Positions 62,867-64,000 of a DNA stretch of 64,000 nucleotides are shown one piece after another. How positions within the stretch are numbered: position 1 is the stretch's first letter; the number at the start of each line of letters is the position of its first letter. Origin of the DNA: Selaginella moellendorffii (Eukaryota; Plantae; Lycopodiophyta); the NCBI RefSeq assembly GCF_000143415.4, contig NW_003314289.1:1234293-1298292 (forward strand). The letters run 5' to 3'. The position numbers and the translations under genes are program-made. The notes beneath the pieces were generated by a model, which worked only from the letters and a program-made list of their open reading frames with translations, did not search any database and had not been told where the DNA came from.

Positions 62867-64000
62867 ATGTCCTCTATGCCTCCGGCACAGGTAGGGCTGC
62901 GTGGAGAACCACGGCAAGGTATGATCGATCAATTGCGCTTGCCATCTCTTATTTTCGTTGATTGATTCCCAGTTGCTGAGGCATTTCGTTCACAAGGAGG
63001 ATTATGAAAGAAGGCGCCCGATGAAGCGTGACCCGGATCACGAAGCACAGATTTACATCGTCACTTTCTTGGTCCTTAGCCTCTCGTAAGTTTCTTCCTT
63101 TTCTTCCTCTTGTCTAGAATTTAAGGCCTTCTCTCAGGACCTCTGGCGTGGAGATTATCAAGTGTTGCAGTGGGTCTAACCAAGCGTGCGCCTTTCTAGC
63201 ATTTTCGTTTCGACAAACAGTGGCGATTATTTTCGGTGGTGGTGGCGGGGTGGACTATGAAACAGGAGAACACACTTCTTATGGGCGACTGGTATCCTTT
63301 TATCGCGCATTCAGGTCCTGTTTGGAGGAGCCATTTCCTCTCACGGTTGGGATGCTGAGAAAATGGCATCGAGATTTGGTTCCAGCCGGGGGGAACTTTC
63401 GTACCACAGACGTTTATGTCGGCTCCAGGGACTCCTGGCGTCCGTGTTTTCAACTTGAGGAGAGACTGGCTGTTGTAGTCGACGAGCTCGAAAGAAGCAT
63501 CCATGCTGCTGGTGGACGAGAGAGCTTAATCATCACAGCTGCTGGACGATTCTTCTACGATTTCGAGATGATACACCCGTTTGCAGATGCAAATGGTAGA
63601 GTCGGGCAGCTATGTTTGTTTTTTACGCTCCGCCAGGTAAATGTTCCCTTTCATTGGCACTAAAGGACTTTCGTTTTTTCCCAGGTAATGCAGTTGCCAA
63701 CGTTTCTATGGACATCAGTGGATGGCAATTCCTTGGACCGAGAAGGCTTGAATGCCTGCCTCGAAGGACCTGATGCCTCGGTGTTGATCGCAGCCATTCA
63801 GGCTGGGATTGAGTATGGAAGACACAGGGGGGTACGTAGGCTGTGCTGCATTAATCTTTTCTTTCTAGCTTTATAACCTTTGTTTATTCAGCTGGACAAG
63901 ATGCCATTGCGCTTAAACGACGAAGAAACAGCAATGTACAACAGGATGCTGCAGTATGGTCACGCTTACGCCAAGGCGATTCGAATTTTCGACGTCCTCG
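62867..64000 (+). CDS. Second Fic-domain protein, intron-containing, running off the window end
   Basis: GNFRTTDVYVG flap and FEMIHPFADANGRVGQ (63574-63609). In-frame exons 62973-63085, 63138-63636 and 63685 to about 63831. First exon uncertain. Confidence 0.75.

Noticed and set aside
60637-64000. Bacterial contamination as the source of the Fic/DUF3598 genes
   Set aside because: Two of the three genes have spliceosomal introns, and the block is contiguous with the plant PIP gene.

Overview
Eukaryotic (land plant) nuclear DNA. The very short GT-AG introns (about 45-80 nt), dense gene packing and long intronless PLS-type PPR gene suggest a compact lycophyte genome such as Selaginella; this is inference, not a database match. 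Conserved genes: ATG4, plastid chaperonin-60 alpha, two tRNA-Ala(AGC), a SPRY membrane protein, PDIL5-1, sulfiredoxin, a SUPERMAN/ZFP10-type C2H2-EAR factor, a golgin-like tail-anchored protein, PI4K-gamma, a PPR protein and proline iminopeptidase. Three accessory zones interrupt them. (1) 1-11 kb is rearranged: a duplicated, catalytically dead trypsin-like gene with a SAP/HeH-like insert, scrambled ATG4 fragments, a MITE-like element, an intronless ATG1 pseudogene, copia and sugar-transporter remnants, a spliced 59-aa knottin, and a PD-(D/E)xK nuclease-like gene with a diverged paralogue at 31.5-32.5 kb. (2) 36-50.5 kb is a nest of LTR retroelements; the inner non-coding element carries a dense hairpin array with two covarying four-way junctions and two tRNA T-loops. 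(3) 60.6-64 kb is a tightly packed Fic / DUF3598-like / Fic trio of bacterial-type domains. All exon boundaries and domain calls were made by eye, without searches.
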